Shown piece after piece: positions 1 to 12,316 of a DNA stretch of 64,000 bases. This DNA is from Octopus sinensis (lineage: Eukaryota). The DNA lies in assembly GCF_006345805.1 (NCBI RefSeq), contig NC_043006.1:27652001-27716000 (forward strand), written 5' to 3'. The notes beneath the pieces are model-generated. The model was not told where the DNA came from, ran no database searches, and saw only the letters and a program-made list of their open reading frames with translations. How positions within the stretch are numbered: position 1 is the stretch's first letter; each line of letters begins with the position of its first letter. Made by a program: the position numbers and the translations under genes.

Positions 1-800
1 ATAAAGGGGTGAGTAGCAAAGTTGATCCCAATGGAATTTGAACTAAGATTGTAATGAAGGAATCAGAAGAAATACTGACAGGCCTTTTGGCAGATGCTCT
101 GACAATTCTGCTAGCTTGCTGCCAATGACAACAATAATTCTTTCTGTTATAGGTACAAGGCCTGAAATTTTGGGGGAAGGGGTTAGTCTATAACATCAAC
201 CTCAGTACATGACTGGTACTTATTTTATCAACCTCATAAGGATAAAAGGTGAAGTTGACCTTGACAGAATTTGAATCCAGAACATAAAGACAGACAAAAT
301 GCTACTAAACATTTTGTACATGTTAATGATGCTGCCAGCCTGCCGCCTTATAATAATAATAATAATAGTAATAATCCTTTCTACTATAGGTACAAGGTCT
401 GAAATTTTTGGGGAGGAGGCCATCAACCCCAGTATGCAACTGGTACTTAGTTTATCGACTCTGAAAGGATGAAAGACAAAGTCGACCGTAGCAGAATTTG
501 AACTCAGAACATAGCAGCAGATGAAATACCACTAAGCATTCCATCTGCTCACCACCTTATAATAAAAATAATGATAATAATAATAATAATAGTTTCAAAT
601 TTTAGCACAGGGCCAGCAGATTTTAAAGGAGAAGGGGAAGTTGAGTACATCAAACAAAGTACTTGACTGGTATTATTTTATTGACCCCAAAAGGATAGGA
701 GGCAAAGCTGTCCTTGGCAAAATTCAAACTCAGGACATATAGACAGATGAAATGACACTAAGCATTTTGGCTGGTGTCCTAACAATTCTGCCAGTACGAA
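1..800 (-). mobile_element. Four tandem copies of a tRNA-derived SINE with a Meta/MESC-like core; another copy at 54333-54490
   Basis: Repeated aaggcctgaaatttt..ctggtactta..atcgacc..aaaggatgaaagg..gaatttgaactcagaac units separated by (AAT)n or (GAT)n. The core assignment is from memory. Confidence 0.75.
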
Positions 801-944
801 AATGACGTTTGATGATGATGATGATGATTAAGCTGGCACCTGGAACATAAATTAACATGAGATTATGAAGGAAGGTTTTAAATTAGATCACTTTAAAAGA
901 AGAAGTTTGAATCAAGGACTGTCTCAGATGAGTTTATACCATCA

Positions 945-1390
945 TCATCATTATCATCATTTAGTGTCTGTTTTCCATGTCAGCATGGGTTTGATGGTTT
1001 GACTGGAACTGGTAAGCCAGAGAGCTGTACCAGGCTCTAGCCTGGTTTGACTTGGTTTCTACAGATGGATGCCCTTCTTAATGCCAACCACTCCAAGAGT
1101 GTAGATTTTAGGTGTCACTGGCATGGGTGCCTTTTACATGTCACCAGCACTGGTCATGACTATGATTTCACTTGGTTTGACATGTCTTCTCAAGTACAGC
1201 AAATCGCAAAAGGTTTCATTCACTTGTCATCACCTCTGTGAGACTCAACATTTGAAGATCATGCTTTACCACCTCATCTTGTGTTTTCCTAGGTCTACCT
1301 CTTCCACAGGTTCCCTCCACAGTTAGATCGGCACTTGTTTACACAGCTGTCCTCGTCCATATGCATCACATGACCATACCAGTGTAGTTT
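945..1390 (-). mobile_element. 5'-truncated RTE copy
   Basis: Minus strand encodes LHWYGHVMHMDED..GRGRPRKT, followed by the shared tail and (GAT)n. Confidence 0.75.
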
Positions 1391-1590
1391 TTTTTTCTTG
1401 CACACACCTTCTCCATGAATAACAGTAACACACATAAAAAAAAGTGAAATAGCTACAACTGAAAATCAAATTTATCATAGACTTAGTTCCTTAAGAACTT
1501 ACATCTACAGTATGGTGTTAAAAAGTTACTGGTAGCAATATAAACCTAAAAGAGTATGAAAATATAAAGAAATTATAGTGATATACTTAC

Positions 1591-1663
1591 TGGATCCAAA
1601 CCAATTGGATAAGGCGTGGAGCTATACATGGTCCCAGGATTGAATATGATACTGCTTCCTTTA
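1591..1663 (-). CDS. ATP6V0A1: V-ATPase subunit a exon (KGSSIIFNPGTMYSSTPYPIGLDP); the gene continues beyond the left edge
   Basis: PYPxGxDP motif; aattttcag acceptor and gtaagt donor; 73 nt; its first base completes the CC left by the 2808 exon (CCT, Pro). Confidence 0.93.
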
Positions 1664-2807
1664 CTGAAAATTAACAAATTGCATTTCTAAATAAATGTCT
1701 TCATTGAAGTTTCACTCAGTGCATCTGGAGTATTAAGCATTGAAAACCACATTTTTTAAAAACTTCCCAAACCATCATAGCAATGTGATAATTTTAAACA
1801 TATGTCTCCTTTGTTTCCATTCTCCATGTGTACCAAAAATAGATTTACCACATCAATTTTGAGTTTCATTTCAAGCATGGCAGTGTGGATAAGAAATTTG
1901 CTTCCCATCCAAGTGGCTTCAAATTCAGTCCTTTGGGTAAGTATCTTCTACTATAGTCCAAAGCTGGCCAAAGCCTTGTAAGTGGGTTTGGTAAATGGAA
2001 ACTGAAAGAATCCTATTGAGAGAGGGGGGAGGGAGGGAGAAGAGTGAGAGAGAAAAGAGAAAGTATGTTTGTGATAGTCCATATTGCCTTTGCTTCCACT
2101 AGTTTGAAAACAATTGTTTCCTGATAATGTTGCAGTCCACACTGACAGCATATCTGAGCTGTTTGTTATTCAATAGACTAGGAAATTATTATCCCACTTG
2201 GAAATAAGAGGGGTTTGGCAACACAAAGGATATCTGGCCATAAAAACTCAGGCCCAACATACTCGTCGATACTGGCATGAGTTGGACAGGATTGTCATGA
2301 TTTGGATAATCAGTAGCTGGGAGTCACTGATCCCATAAATTGGTGCTCCTTTAGCTTGGTATTTCTAACCATTTTAAAGAGTGTACAAGGGGCATTATTT
2401 TATAGCAACACTAGAGGGATTGATTAGTCCTCAGTAACACAGGGCTATAAGGACCTCACAGTCCTACATTTTCTCTGTTCATATGCCAACCATTTATCTG
2501 TTTGTACAGAGTAGATTTTTTTGTGGCACAAACACTAGAGAGGTTGTCATGCTTACTAGACCTTTGTGTGTTTCAGTTATTTTTGAAAATAATCAGTAAT
2601 TGAAAAGAATTTAGTAAAATAACTATGTCATTATTAAAATACTGTTTATAACTAAAGGAAAAAATCTAAATCAAATTTATAAAGAAAGATTTTAATTTAA
2701 ACATGAACATTCCAAAATAGAGCATTTGTATGAAATAAGCAGAAGTGGTTTCAGGTGAGTTGCTACTGAAAGGGTCAGTCTTTCAAAAATCAAATTTAAA
2801 TACTTAC

Positions 2808-2950
2808 GGCACAGTTTTGTTAGTATACCATGATGATCCAAATATATTGAGAGATTTTGAAAATACATCATTATACAAGAAACCAGTATATATGGAAAAA
2901 ATTCCCATAAGTAGAATTATATAGCGCCCACCAAATGTGGTATTCCAGAT
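2808..2950 (-). CDS. ATP6V0A1: V-ATPase subunit a exon ([48 protein letters not shown])
   Basis: [27 protein letters not shown] motif; cttttgtag acceptor and gtaagt donor; 143 nt. Confidence 0.97.
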
Positions 2951-3782
2951 CTACAAAAGATTACAAAGCACTTAATAAAAATAATCCAGAAGTTATCAGT
3001 AAATTTAGGAAAAGTGGGCAGTACCAAAACTGCTTGTCCACTTCATTAAATCAAACATTTCTAAATTCAATTCAACAAAGCATAAATTACTTTACTAGTC
3101 ATGTATATTCAGACAAGAGTTTTCTAATTTGGTTATTTTTAATGTCAACAACATTGAGTAGTGAAAATAGTTTCAGGTAAGTTTGCTGAGACAAGTAAAC
3201 TAATATCTAGAATTACTCATAAAGGGTTTCTTTCTCTAGACAAATATATATGTATCAACAGATCTATGCTGTATGCAGGACTGTCTTATCAGCATTATAA
3301 GCTGTCAGGTAAAGCAATACCTGTCTATGGCATTTATTTACTGACAGCAAACCACAGCATACATAGGCCCCCTAGACCTATAGCAGCCAAGACCATCTTT
3401 TTCAATGTAAACCTAACATTTCACTGAATGCAAGAAATTTGAGAAAGCAGCTGTGGCATCAAAGACATTATTGGGCATATCTAGATGAGAAAAAACAGGT
3501 ACCTAAAACAAATGTCATATTCTGAATGAGAGACAGTGTATAAAATAACAGTCAAAGTGGAAACAAAAGGTAAAAAACTAGTTTGAGTGGACTTTAGAAG
3601 ATTAAGTTTCTCCTGATGATACAGTATAGTTCAACGTATGCTACTACAGACATGTATCTGATGATTATGAAGAATAGTTGTTTTAAAAGAGAGGTGTATG
3701 GTTATTATTTAAATTTAGCTACTGGTTAGTTCAGGTATAAAAAAAAATAAGCCAATGGCATTCGTGGTTTACCTTTATATAA

Positions 3783-4402
3783 TACTAGCAGAGAAACCCG
3801 ACCTTGCTCGAGATTAAAATAGTTTATTACTGTTTTACTCATTTTGGTATTCACCCGATTTCATTTGGGTCTATGCAGATCACATTTTAAAAGATGACGA
3901 ATTTTGCCCTTGAGGCAACGCCTTTCAATTGAGCAAACTCAAAGTTGCCATGCAAACTTGCCAGCACTTTTAACAGAGGTGTACAAATTTTCAGCTCAAT
4001 CTGACCACATTTACTAACACTTTTACCTGCTCAACTGCTTGTGAGACAACGTCCGTCCTTTTCACAAATATGTAGCAGACTTACAGAGACACCCGACCTT
4101 GCTCAGGATTAAAATGGCATAGTTTTTCATTGTTTTACTTATTTGGTTATTATAACCCGATTTCATTCAGGCCTACTCAGGCCACATTTTAAAAGATGAG
4201 GAATTTTGCCCTAGAGGCCACACCTTTCAATTGAGCAAACTCAAAGTTGCCATGCAAACGCGCCAGCAGTTTTAACATGTGTGAGCATATTTTCAGTTCA
4301 ATCACACATTATATATATATATATATGTGTGTGTGCATTATATATACATATGTATTCACACACACACACACACACACACACCACACACACACACACACAC
4401 AC

Positions 4403-4445
<43 letters not shown>

Positions 4446-4476
4446 TATATATATATACACACATATATATATAGAT
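3783..4476 (+). mobile_element. Helentron/DINE-1-like (HINE-type) non-autonomous element with internal tandem duplication
   Basis: Starts tactagcagagaaacccgaccttgctcg; unit 3790-4020 is repeated at 4085-4290; microsatellite before a TATATATAGAT end. A related 5' end (tactagcagtatcgcccggcgttgctcgg) lies at about 21610. Confidence 0.5.
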
Positions 4477-4499
4477 ATAAATTATATATATACATAATT

Positions 4500-4828
4500 G
4501 GAGGCGCAATGGCCCAGTGGTTCGGGCAGCGGACTCACGGTCGTAGGATCGCAGTTTTGATTCCCAGAGCGGGTGTTGTGGCAAACCCTGCTGTACTCTT
4601 TCACCACAACTTTTTCTCTCTCTATCTTTCTGTTTCTGTTGTACATGTATTTCAAAGGGCCAGCCTTAACACACTCTGTGTCATGCTGAATCTCCCCCGA
4701 GAACTACGTTAAGGATATACATGTCTGTGGAGTGCTCAGCCACTTGCACATTAATTTCACAAGCAGGCTGTTCCATTGATCGGATCAATTGGAACCCTTG
4801 TTGTCGTAACTGATGGAGTGCCAACAAT
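4500..4828 (+). mobile_element. tRNA-derived SINE
   Basis: A box TGGCCCAGTGG and B box-like GTTTTGATTCC in a tRNA-like head, directly after (TA)n. Confidence 0.75.
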
Positions 4829-4847
4829 ATACATAATATATATGTAT

Positions 4848-4925
<78 letters not shown>

Positions 4926-5455
4926 TATATATAAATTGATACAATAAATATCTGTTATCATGATTGTGCGGTGGTGGTGGGCGATAATAATTCACCGTTG
5001 TAAAAGACCTGTGGTGGGAATATTTAAACTTTTGCAGCTGTCAACGCTTTCTCTCTATAGATACAGACAGACATACAGAGAGAGAGGAGTGACAGAGAGA
5101 TGGCGAAGGCAGAGAGAGAAAGAGAGTGGAAGCTGTCAAATGTCATTATAGAGAGAAATTTGAAGGAAGTGGGGAAAGAGAGAGATTGAAGAAGACATGG
5201 TGATGTCCGAAAGAGAGAAACTCCAAACACATGTCAAAGTCTGGGTTTTGTTGCCCTAGTGACCACAGCTTTTGAGATGGAGATTTCTAACCTAGTCCAG
5301 TCACTTCCTCGCATCATTTTACATGTCACTGTAAATTTTCGCTGCAATCCGAGCAAGCCTACTGCCACTGAACCCTGCATAACCACTAAATGAGACACTT
5401 TCGGCCATTTCACTTTTATATATAGATAAAAATATACATTCATAATTTACTAAGG

Positions 5456-5628
5456 CAGTGCTTTTCAAACTATTTGCTGGAGCAGAACCCCAAGGAACCA
5501 TTCCACTGGCTCGAGGAACCCCTGTGCAATAATTTAATAGGTGAATTAAAAATTACTGCCGATTTTAGCAGTTTTGTAACTTCTTGCGGAACCCTAAGGT
5601 TCTGCGGAACCCTGGTTGAAAACCACTG
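5456..5628. mobile_element. hAT (Charlie-like) MITE
   Basis: TIRs cagtgcttttcaaac / gttgaaaaccactg; perfect 8-bp TSD tactaagg at 5448-5455 and 5629-5636. Confidence 0.92.
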
Positions 5629-6039
5629 TACTAAGGGATCTCCTATGTGGTTACTTGACCTGCTAATAAATAGCAGACAAATTTCAGTTATCTGTAAATG
5701 TATATACATGTGCATATACAACATACATTATTAGTACAACTATGTTGTATAAACAAATCTACTGAGAACATAGATCTCCTACATACAACAATATAAATTA
5801 TCAATGGAGAGAGCCTTTAGATGTTGCTGACAATCTGCTTGAAATAACATACAATTTTTTTTTAAATCATACCCACTCTCATAAAAATTGAAGGACAAAT
5901 TTGTTAATGTATTTTTAGATACTGTATGTATGAAAAAAAAATAAAAGGAATGGTCACATCTAGAATGTCTTTAAATATGACTTGGATTTAGATGAAAAGA
6001 GTAACAAAAACAATGAGCTTGAAAAATGCAAAAAGTTAC

Positions 6040-6179
6040 CTCATTATCCCCTTTTTTGGTTGATAATACTTTTTCCCTCACAATCATCCAAACTGCAAAG
6101 AGGGTCATCAAGAAGCCATGTCCAGCATCTCCAAACATCACAGCAAATAAAAAGGGGAATGTTATAATTGTAAAGGGAG
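6040..6179 (-). CDS. ATP6V0A1: V-ATPase subunit a exon, first TM segments ([47 protein letters not shown])
   Basis: [16 protein letters not shown] motif; cttttctag acceptor and gtaact donor; 140 nt. Confidence 0.97.
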
Positions 6180-7149
6180 CTAGAAAAGATGAGAGAAAGA
6201 AAAGATTATTAAAGATAAAATATACAATATATATTAAACTTCTTCATTTAAACATGAATAAACAATATATACTATACATCTTCAATTATATATGTAAATA
6301 TACATGTGTTATATGCCTTCATTTGAAGATATATAACACATGTACTGCTCAACAACCAGAGTTGGTGTGTTTACATCCCTGGAACTTAGCAGTTCAGCAA
6401 AAGAAACTGCTAGAACAAGTACCAGGCTTAACAAAAAATAAGTACTGGGGTCAATTCATTTCACAAAAAATTCTACAAGGCATGGCCACAGTATAATGAC
6501 TGAAACAAGTAAAAAACAAAAGATGCAATATATATCATACTACTTTACTTAAATATACAATATGCATTATACACTTCCTTATGAAAATATTCAGATATAC
6601 AGTATGTATTATACTCATTCATTTAAATATTTAAATGTACGTAAACATAACAAAAATACTAAGCATAATCAAGGACAAGGAGAGAACTTCTTTGAGGTTG
6701 CTTGATCTACTAGAAATAAATAGACAAGTTTCCTCAAATCAAACCCTACAATTTAAAAACAAAGGAAGGATACATTGGAAATGTTGAACTTAGATACACT
6801 AAAAACAATAGGATAAATAATACCACTAAAAAGTGATAAACTAGGGCTAAACAACAAGTCAAAACCTTCCTTTACAAAAATCATGTAAAAAAAATCACTG
6901 AAAACAATCACAGTAATGGAAACATAGGAATCCAGAATTTCAGGATTTCAGGTCCAGATTCAACCCAGAATGTTTTAAATTCACTCATGGAGTCAGCCTG
7001 ATTCCAAAATGGTATGATATGTTGGACTATGGCCTCTAGGAGTAAAGTTGAAAAAGTGTGACACACTGACACTCACATTTATTATATTAGATATGTTTAA
7101 TACTGGGGAAACTGTATTTCAATTAAAGTGTATTTTCTATATGTGTGTG

Positions 7150-7417
7150 CCGTCCAGACTGGCTTCCGTGCCGGTGGCACGTAAAAACCACCATCCGAAC
7201 GTGGCCGATGCCAGTGCCGCCTTCACTGGCTTCCGTGCCGGTGGCACGTAAAAAGCACCCACTACACTCACAGAGTGGTTGGCGTTAGGAAGGGCATCCA
7301 GCTGTAGAAACACTGCCAGATCAGACTGGAGCCTGGTGCAGCCTTCTGGCTTCCCAGATCTCCGGTCAAACAGTCCAACCCATGCTAGCATGGAGAACGG
7401 ACGTTAAACGATGATGA
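7150..7417 (+). mobile_element. RTE 3'-tail copy
   Basis: gtgccggtggcacgtaaaaagcac..ggcgttaggaagggcatccagctgtagaaa..acgttaaacgatgatgat, near-identical to 30390-30585. Confidence 0.85.
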
Positions 7418-7551
7418 TGTGTGTGTGTGAGTGTGTGTGTAAATGTACACATACACACACACACACAAAGCGTCTGATAAGTCTGATGAGCTGTGGCTTT
7501 CATGGATGCAAAATCATTGGTCACTCTGACCAGACTTTAACTCTAGTGATT

Positions 7552-7599
<48 letters not shown>

Positions 7600-7600
7600 C

Positions 7601-7810
7601 GGGAAGCTTTATGAAAATAAACAAAAGACGAAGGCAGGTGGAAAACAAACGAACAATTGTATTAGTATGGCGCTCAGGAAATATAAATAAAACAAGTCTT
7701 TAACGTTTCGAGCCTACGCTCTTCAACAGAAAGATACACAGAGAGAGAAAAACACAGAAAGAAGGAGAGAAAAAAAATGCGTGCAGTAGCTAACGAATCA
7801 ACATGGCGAT
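7601..7810 (-). mobile_element. Solo 3' terminal piece of the 34010-36065 Penelope-like family
   Basis: Closely matches 34015-34210 (aaataaacaaaagacgaaggcaggtgga..tagtatggcgctcagga..acagaaagatacacaga); ends at (TA)n 7555-7598. Confidence 0.85.
7697..7734 (-). ncRNA. Hammerhead-shaped motif with non-canonical core; second copy at 34109-34146
   Basis: tcttt-CTGTTGA-a-gagc(gtag)gctc-GAAA-cg-TT^aaaga; all three stems present, but position 6 is U in both copies. Confidence 0.45.
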
Positions 7811-8434
7811 ATATACACACACACACACACACACATACAAATATATGTATATGTGTATACACACACATACATATACAACAGGCTTCTTTCAGTTTCTAAC
7901 AAATTTACTCAAAGAACTTTGGTTGTTCCAAGACTATAGTGGACATGCCTAAGGTACCACCCAGTAGGACTGAACCCAAAACTACATACACAGGAAGCTT
8001 CTTAACCACAGAGCCGATTCAATGGACAAAGAATCACAGGAGTCACAGCACAAGCATTCTCACTGAGCGAATCTCCAGTCAAAAACTTTCTGCAAATTGA
8101 GTTAACACTATTTATGACCTTTCAAAATGTATTTTTCTCTTCTCACAAACAACAATTCCAACTTGCCAAACATTGTGTTGTTTGAAGGATTTAAGAACAA
8201 TTCAGAAAATTCATTTTGATACAAAATAATGATTGAATTGCAGATATGCTGAGACCCCACTTTCAAGGGCTTTAGTCAATATCAACAACTTTGGTGCTTA
8301 GTCAAGTACTTGTTTTATCCATCTCTATTTATCAAATGGCAAACTTGACTTGTGTTGCCTCTTTTAGAGTGTTACCTCCCATCTACGAATATATATGGGA
8401 TGGGGTGCATTAGTTACGCATAAACTTTGAAATG

Positions 8435-8700
8435 CTAGTTTACTGTGACTTGGCATACATTGGAACACCTGCTACTGTATTTAGCAACTAGTAAACTTTG
8501 ATGAAAATTTTGATTCCAATTGTGGCCAACTGGTTTTTTTGTTTTGTTTTTTAGACAGAGTATTTCTAGAACAACATTATTCACCATCATTTTGTGATTT
8601 GAGGGAAATCTGGCTGCTACTCCTTGCAAGTAGTGCAATTGTGTCAAGGGGCTTTCACTGGCTCAATATTTAAGTATTTGTTCTTACAGTTGGATGACAC
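8435..8700 (-). mobile_element. Possible pogo/Fot1-like HTH remnant
   Basis: RFPS..M....IL......PVGHNWNQNF recalls the RGFP..VGKNWVxNF CENP-B-type HTH; by-eye similarity only. Confidence 0.3.
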
Positions 8701-8854
8701 CCTTTTTTTTTTTGTTAAGTGTGGAGGAATAGAACCTGTTTTAGTCAAACAAATCAGAGCTAGCAAAGTTAGCAGCTTTCATCAGGGGCATAAGACAACA
8801 GCTGTAGTAAGGTTTGAACTATTCATCATGTGGTTTATTTATATATATGTATAC

Positions 8855-10035
8855 ACCAGGTTGAGTAAAAAATAAGCAACGTTTTGAACCATGAAGAATT
8901 TGTATGGGATTTTTGCAGAGCTTTGAATTTTTTTATAACATTTGATAACCCTAACCCTAATTTCCCAAATGCATCAATAAATTAACACTGATATTTTTTT
9001 TCACCATTGTTGCAATCATCTGAAATGGAACTGTCAAAGCGTGATATTTGAATGACCAGTGAGTGGTCAGCTTGAAAAGGGTTTAAATGATTTCACAGTG
9101 GAGACTTGAGCCTTGAAGATCATGAGTGCAGTGGATACCCATCTGTCATTGATGACGGTCAATTAAAAACTGTCACTGAGAAAGATCCACGTAAAACCGC
9201 TCAAGAACTGGCAAAAAAAAACTTCAAGTTAGTTAGAAAACTGGCTGCAACCATTTGCATGCAATCAGAAAATCAAAAAAGCTCAACAAATGGGTACCAC
9301 ACAATTTGAAAGAAAATCAGAAAATGTGCAGATATGAAATTTGCTTGTCATTTCTTCTCCATAACCAGACTGATACATTTCTCAAACCTATTTTAACTTG
9401 CAATGAAAAGAGCATTATGTACAGTAATAAAAAATGTTCTTCACAATGGCTGGACCAAAATGAAAAACCAAAATTTTCCCTAAACCTGAGCTCTTCAAAA
9501 AGAAGGCTACGGTGACTGCTTGGTGGTGTACTGCTGGACTCATCCCCTATAACTTCCTAAAACCTGGAAAAACCATTACTGCAGAAACATATTGCCATGA
9601 AATTGCCAAAATGAATGAAAAACTACTACTCCTCTGTCCAGACTGGTCAACAGAAGAGGGCCAATCATTCTTCATGACAATTCTCAACCATGTTTCACTA
9701 ATGACATTCCAGAAGTTGAGAGAACTTGCCTACAAAGTTCTTCCTCGCCCAGCTTATTCCCCACACCTTTCTCCTACCGACTACCACTTTTTCAAGCACC
9801 TTGATGGTTTACTGCGAGAGGAGTTAAAAAATCAAACTGATGTTGAAATGAGTTCAAAGAGTTCATCAGTTCCAGAACGCCAGATTTTTATGCTACCAGA
9901 ATAAACAAACTTGTAACTCGTTGGCAAACACGTGTTGATTATAATAGTACTTACTTTGATGAATAAAATTTCCACATTGTTGAAATATATTGTGATGAAT
10001 TTCCTGTTTCAAACATTGCTTACTTTTTACTGACA
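8855..10035 (+). mobile_element. Decayed mariner transposon
   Basis: Imperfect TIRs gagtaaaaaataagcaacgttttgaa / ttcaaacattgcttactttttactg; remnants SLEDHECSGYPS, KWVPHNL, PAYSPHLSPTDYHFF. Confidence 0.88.
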
Positions 10036-10417
10036 CACACACACACACAAAGGATGCCAACCAATTAAATACATCCACCTGGCCTTTGGTTGCCTTTAGT
10101 TCATTGAGTTCACAGTGTTGTAACCATTCAGTTACATGGTTCCTTCCCCAAGAAAATTTTCCCTGCAGACAATCTATCTTGCAGACTGGTGTGACTGATG
10201 TTCAGTTTGAACATACATCCAAATTGAACGTCAATCATATGATCACATAAGTCCAATGAAAATAGGAGGGTCTATAAAGGTCAACAACATTTCCCCTTCT
10301 TCCCCAACTTATCAGAAGGAACAAAAACATGCATGCGCACACATACCCAACACATTTTTCCTAATAAGTTTTGCATGTTACACACATAATTACATAAGAA
10401 AGTATCAATTAATTTAC

Positions 10418-10568
10418 CTGGGTTAACCTCTCTGTATGATGCTACTCCATAAGCATCTACTATAGCTTGGAATGCTTCAGTGAATTTGTTAGTACGGTTA
10501 TAGGTAGGAGGTTCTTGCTTTGTAACCATCCGGTTTAGTATAGATGGTACACTACTACCACTTCTTTC
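10418..10568 (-). CDS. ATP6V0A1: V-ATPase subunit a exon ([50 protein letters not shown])
   Basis: PPTYNxTNKFT and IVDAYGxxxYREVNP motifs; ttattttcag acceptor and gtaaat donor; 151 nt. Confidence 0.98.
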
Positions 10569-11039
10569 CTGAAAATAACAACATTAATGAATAATTAGCA
10601 CATGGAAAGTTTATATCATAAACTGGACTGAAATATATAAATTACATTGAGTTCTTTCACCTAGAAAAATTGTTGGGCCTTTTCTGAAGATGTTGATATT
10701 TATATAGCCTTGCAAGCAGCAAGGTGACCTCATTAATGCTAGAGGTATGAATAAAGCAGCCAGTACAGGCTTTAAGATGGTTGGCATTAAGAAAGGTATC
10801 CAGCCAAAGAAGCCATGCCAAAATAGACACTGGAGCATGAAACAGATCAGATCTTGTCAAACTGTCTTATCCAAGGCAACAGGGAACATGGATATTTAAA
10901 TAATGATTAATGATGAATTTCTCCATACCTTTGGAAATAGTTGAACTCAGTTCATTGTTCTAATGACACTTATCAATTATACATAATACTTCTGCTGTAC
11001 CTTATCATGGTAACATTTTTATAAGTCTGTTAATAGGAG

Positions 11040-11460
11040 AGGTACAGTTCCCATGCCTTTTGAAGATAATCACAGACTGGTAAGATTTGTATAGTGATGA
11101 TAAGTTTAGACATCTATGAAGTGGTGCTTGTGGGAAAACATGAGCATGGGGGTGCTATCCAACTGGGTTATTTTAAGAGGGAAGAGGACAAAGTATTTAA
11201 CACAGAATTTGGGAGCTAAGACACAGTAGGAAATGGGGGCTCTCAGGGTAGCAAGATTAGTTCAAGGGCCATTGTAAAAGCAATAGCAGAAAGAGAAGAA
11301 ACCATGTGTCATCTGTGAGCTGATGGTTCAAACCTGCTGGTGACTGAATCTTTGCCAAGCTGTGAAATGGCCTTCTTTTGGATTTGGTCTAGAATGTCTG
11401 TGTGTAAAGCAGCAGCAACACTGGCTATAGATGTGAAGAGAACTCCAGTGTCAGTCTTAT
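11040..11460 (-). mobile_element. Old CR1-group LINE 3' remnant; similar piece at about 40260-40435
   Basis: Minus strand ILDQIQKKAISQLG..AHR..FYNG; 40260-40435 gives SLCLFYYYYNGLCCSE. Heavily decayed. Confidence 0.5.
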
Positions 11461-11776
11461 TTAAACTTCATAGAAGGTAAACAACCGATCAGAGCTGAAG
11501 TAGTTTTTAGCTCTAAAAGTACTCCTAGTATTTGTTATGCAATTTTGTAAGACTACTATGAGAGACCATTGTTTATAATTAGATGAAAAAAAATCAATAT
11601 AAGTTAAATATTTTTGTCAGAAAGCCAGCTATCAATCTATCGACAGAATGTCATTGATTCTGAATTTCTTTATTTTTATAACTGGCTGCAAATTCAGAAC
11701 TTTCTGCAAACTGTATTAGACCTCCATGCAGTGATTATCATTCATTTAATTTTGTATATATATATATATATATATA

Positions 11777-11852
11777 GGGAAGCTTTATGAAAATAAACAA
11801 AAGACGAAGGCAGGTGGAAAACAAACGAACAATTGTATTAGTATGGCGCTCA
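11777..11852 (-). mobile_element. 76-nt terminal fragment of the same Penelope-like family
   Basis: Identical to 7601-7676; (TA)n on both sides. Confidence 0.85.
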
Positions 11853-11909
11853 TATATATACAAGAATTTTACACATCAACACTTGCTAATTACAAGAATA
11901 GTAACTTAC

Positions 11910-12122
11910 AGTTCCTCGACGTAAAGCTTGCTGTATCCGATCAAGATCAGCAACTGGACACCAACATTCAGCAATGAGACACTTCTGTGTGACATCCAAG
12001 TTGAACATATTCAAAGTGTGGTAGATTGCTTTGATCTTCCTCACTTTGATGAACCACACTTTAATATTCTTGGCTGCAGCTACCAAAACTCGGTGGCGAT
12101 GATCTTGAGTCTGGCCAAGAAC
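11910..12122 (-). CDS. ATP6V0A1: V-ATPase subunit a exon (VLGQTQDHRHRVLVAAAKNIKVWFIKVRKIKAIYHTLNMFNLDVTQKCLIAECWCPVADLDRIQQALRRGT)
   Basis: WFIKVRKxKAIYHTLN and KCLIAExWCP motifs; ttcttcttag acceptor and gtaagt donor; 213 nt, after a 100-nt intron. Confidence 0.98.
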
Positions 12123-12222
12123 CTAAGAAGAACACATCAGAAAAGTCATATAATTTAAGCTGAAACACAAACATTGTTTTGAATAAATTGGTTGAACAAC
12201 AAAAATAAAATTATATCCTTAC

Positions 12223-12316
12223 TGTGTTGAGATCCTCAATTCGTGTTATTACTCCCATGGCCATTTCTCGTCTTTCAGCTTGAGTCTCCGGACACGGGTA
12301 TAGAGTGGCTCGGAAC
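12223..12316 (-). CDS. ATP6V0A1: V-ATPase subunit a exon ([31 protein letters not shown])
   Basis: FRAxLYPCPET motif; acaacag acceptor and gtaagg donor; 94 nt; phase matches both neighbours. Confidence 0.97.

Noticed and set aside
3610-3665. CTGATGA..GACA-CATG-TA-like segment
   Set aside because: GAAA is mutated and stem II does not pair; at best a decayed relic.
4500-4575. tRNA-like sequence
   Set aside because: Head of a SINE; no complete cloverleaf and it continues into SINE body.
6026-6496. 156-aa plus-strand ORF
   Set aside because: Antisense to the 6040-6179 exon and runs into AT-rich intron and a SINE; no recognisable protein.
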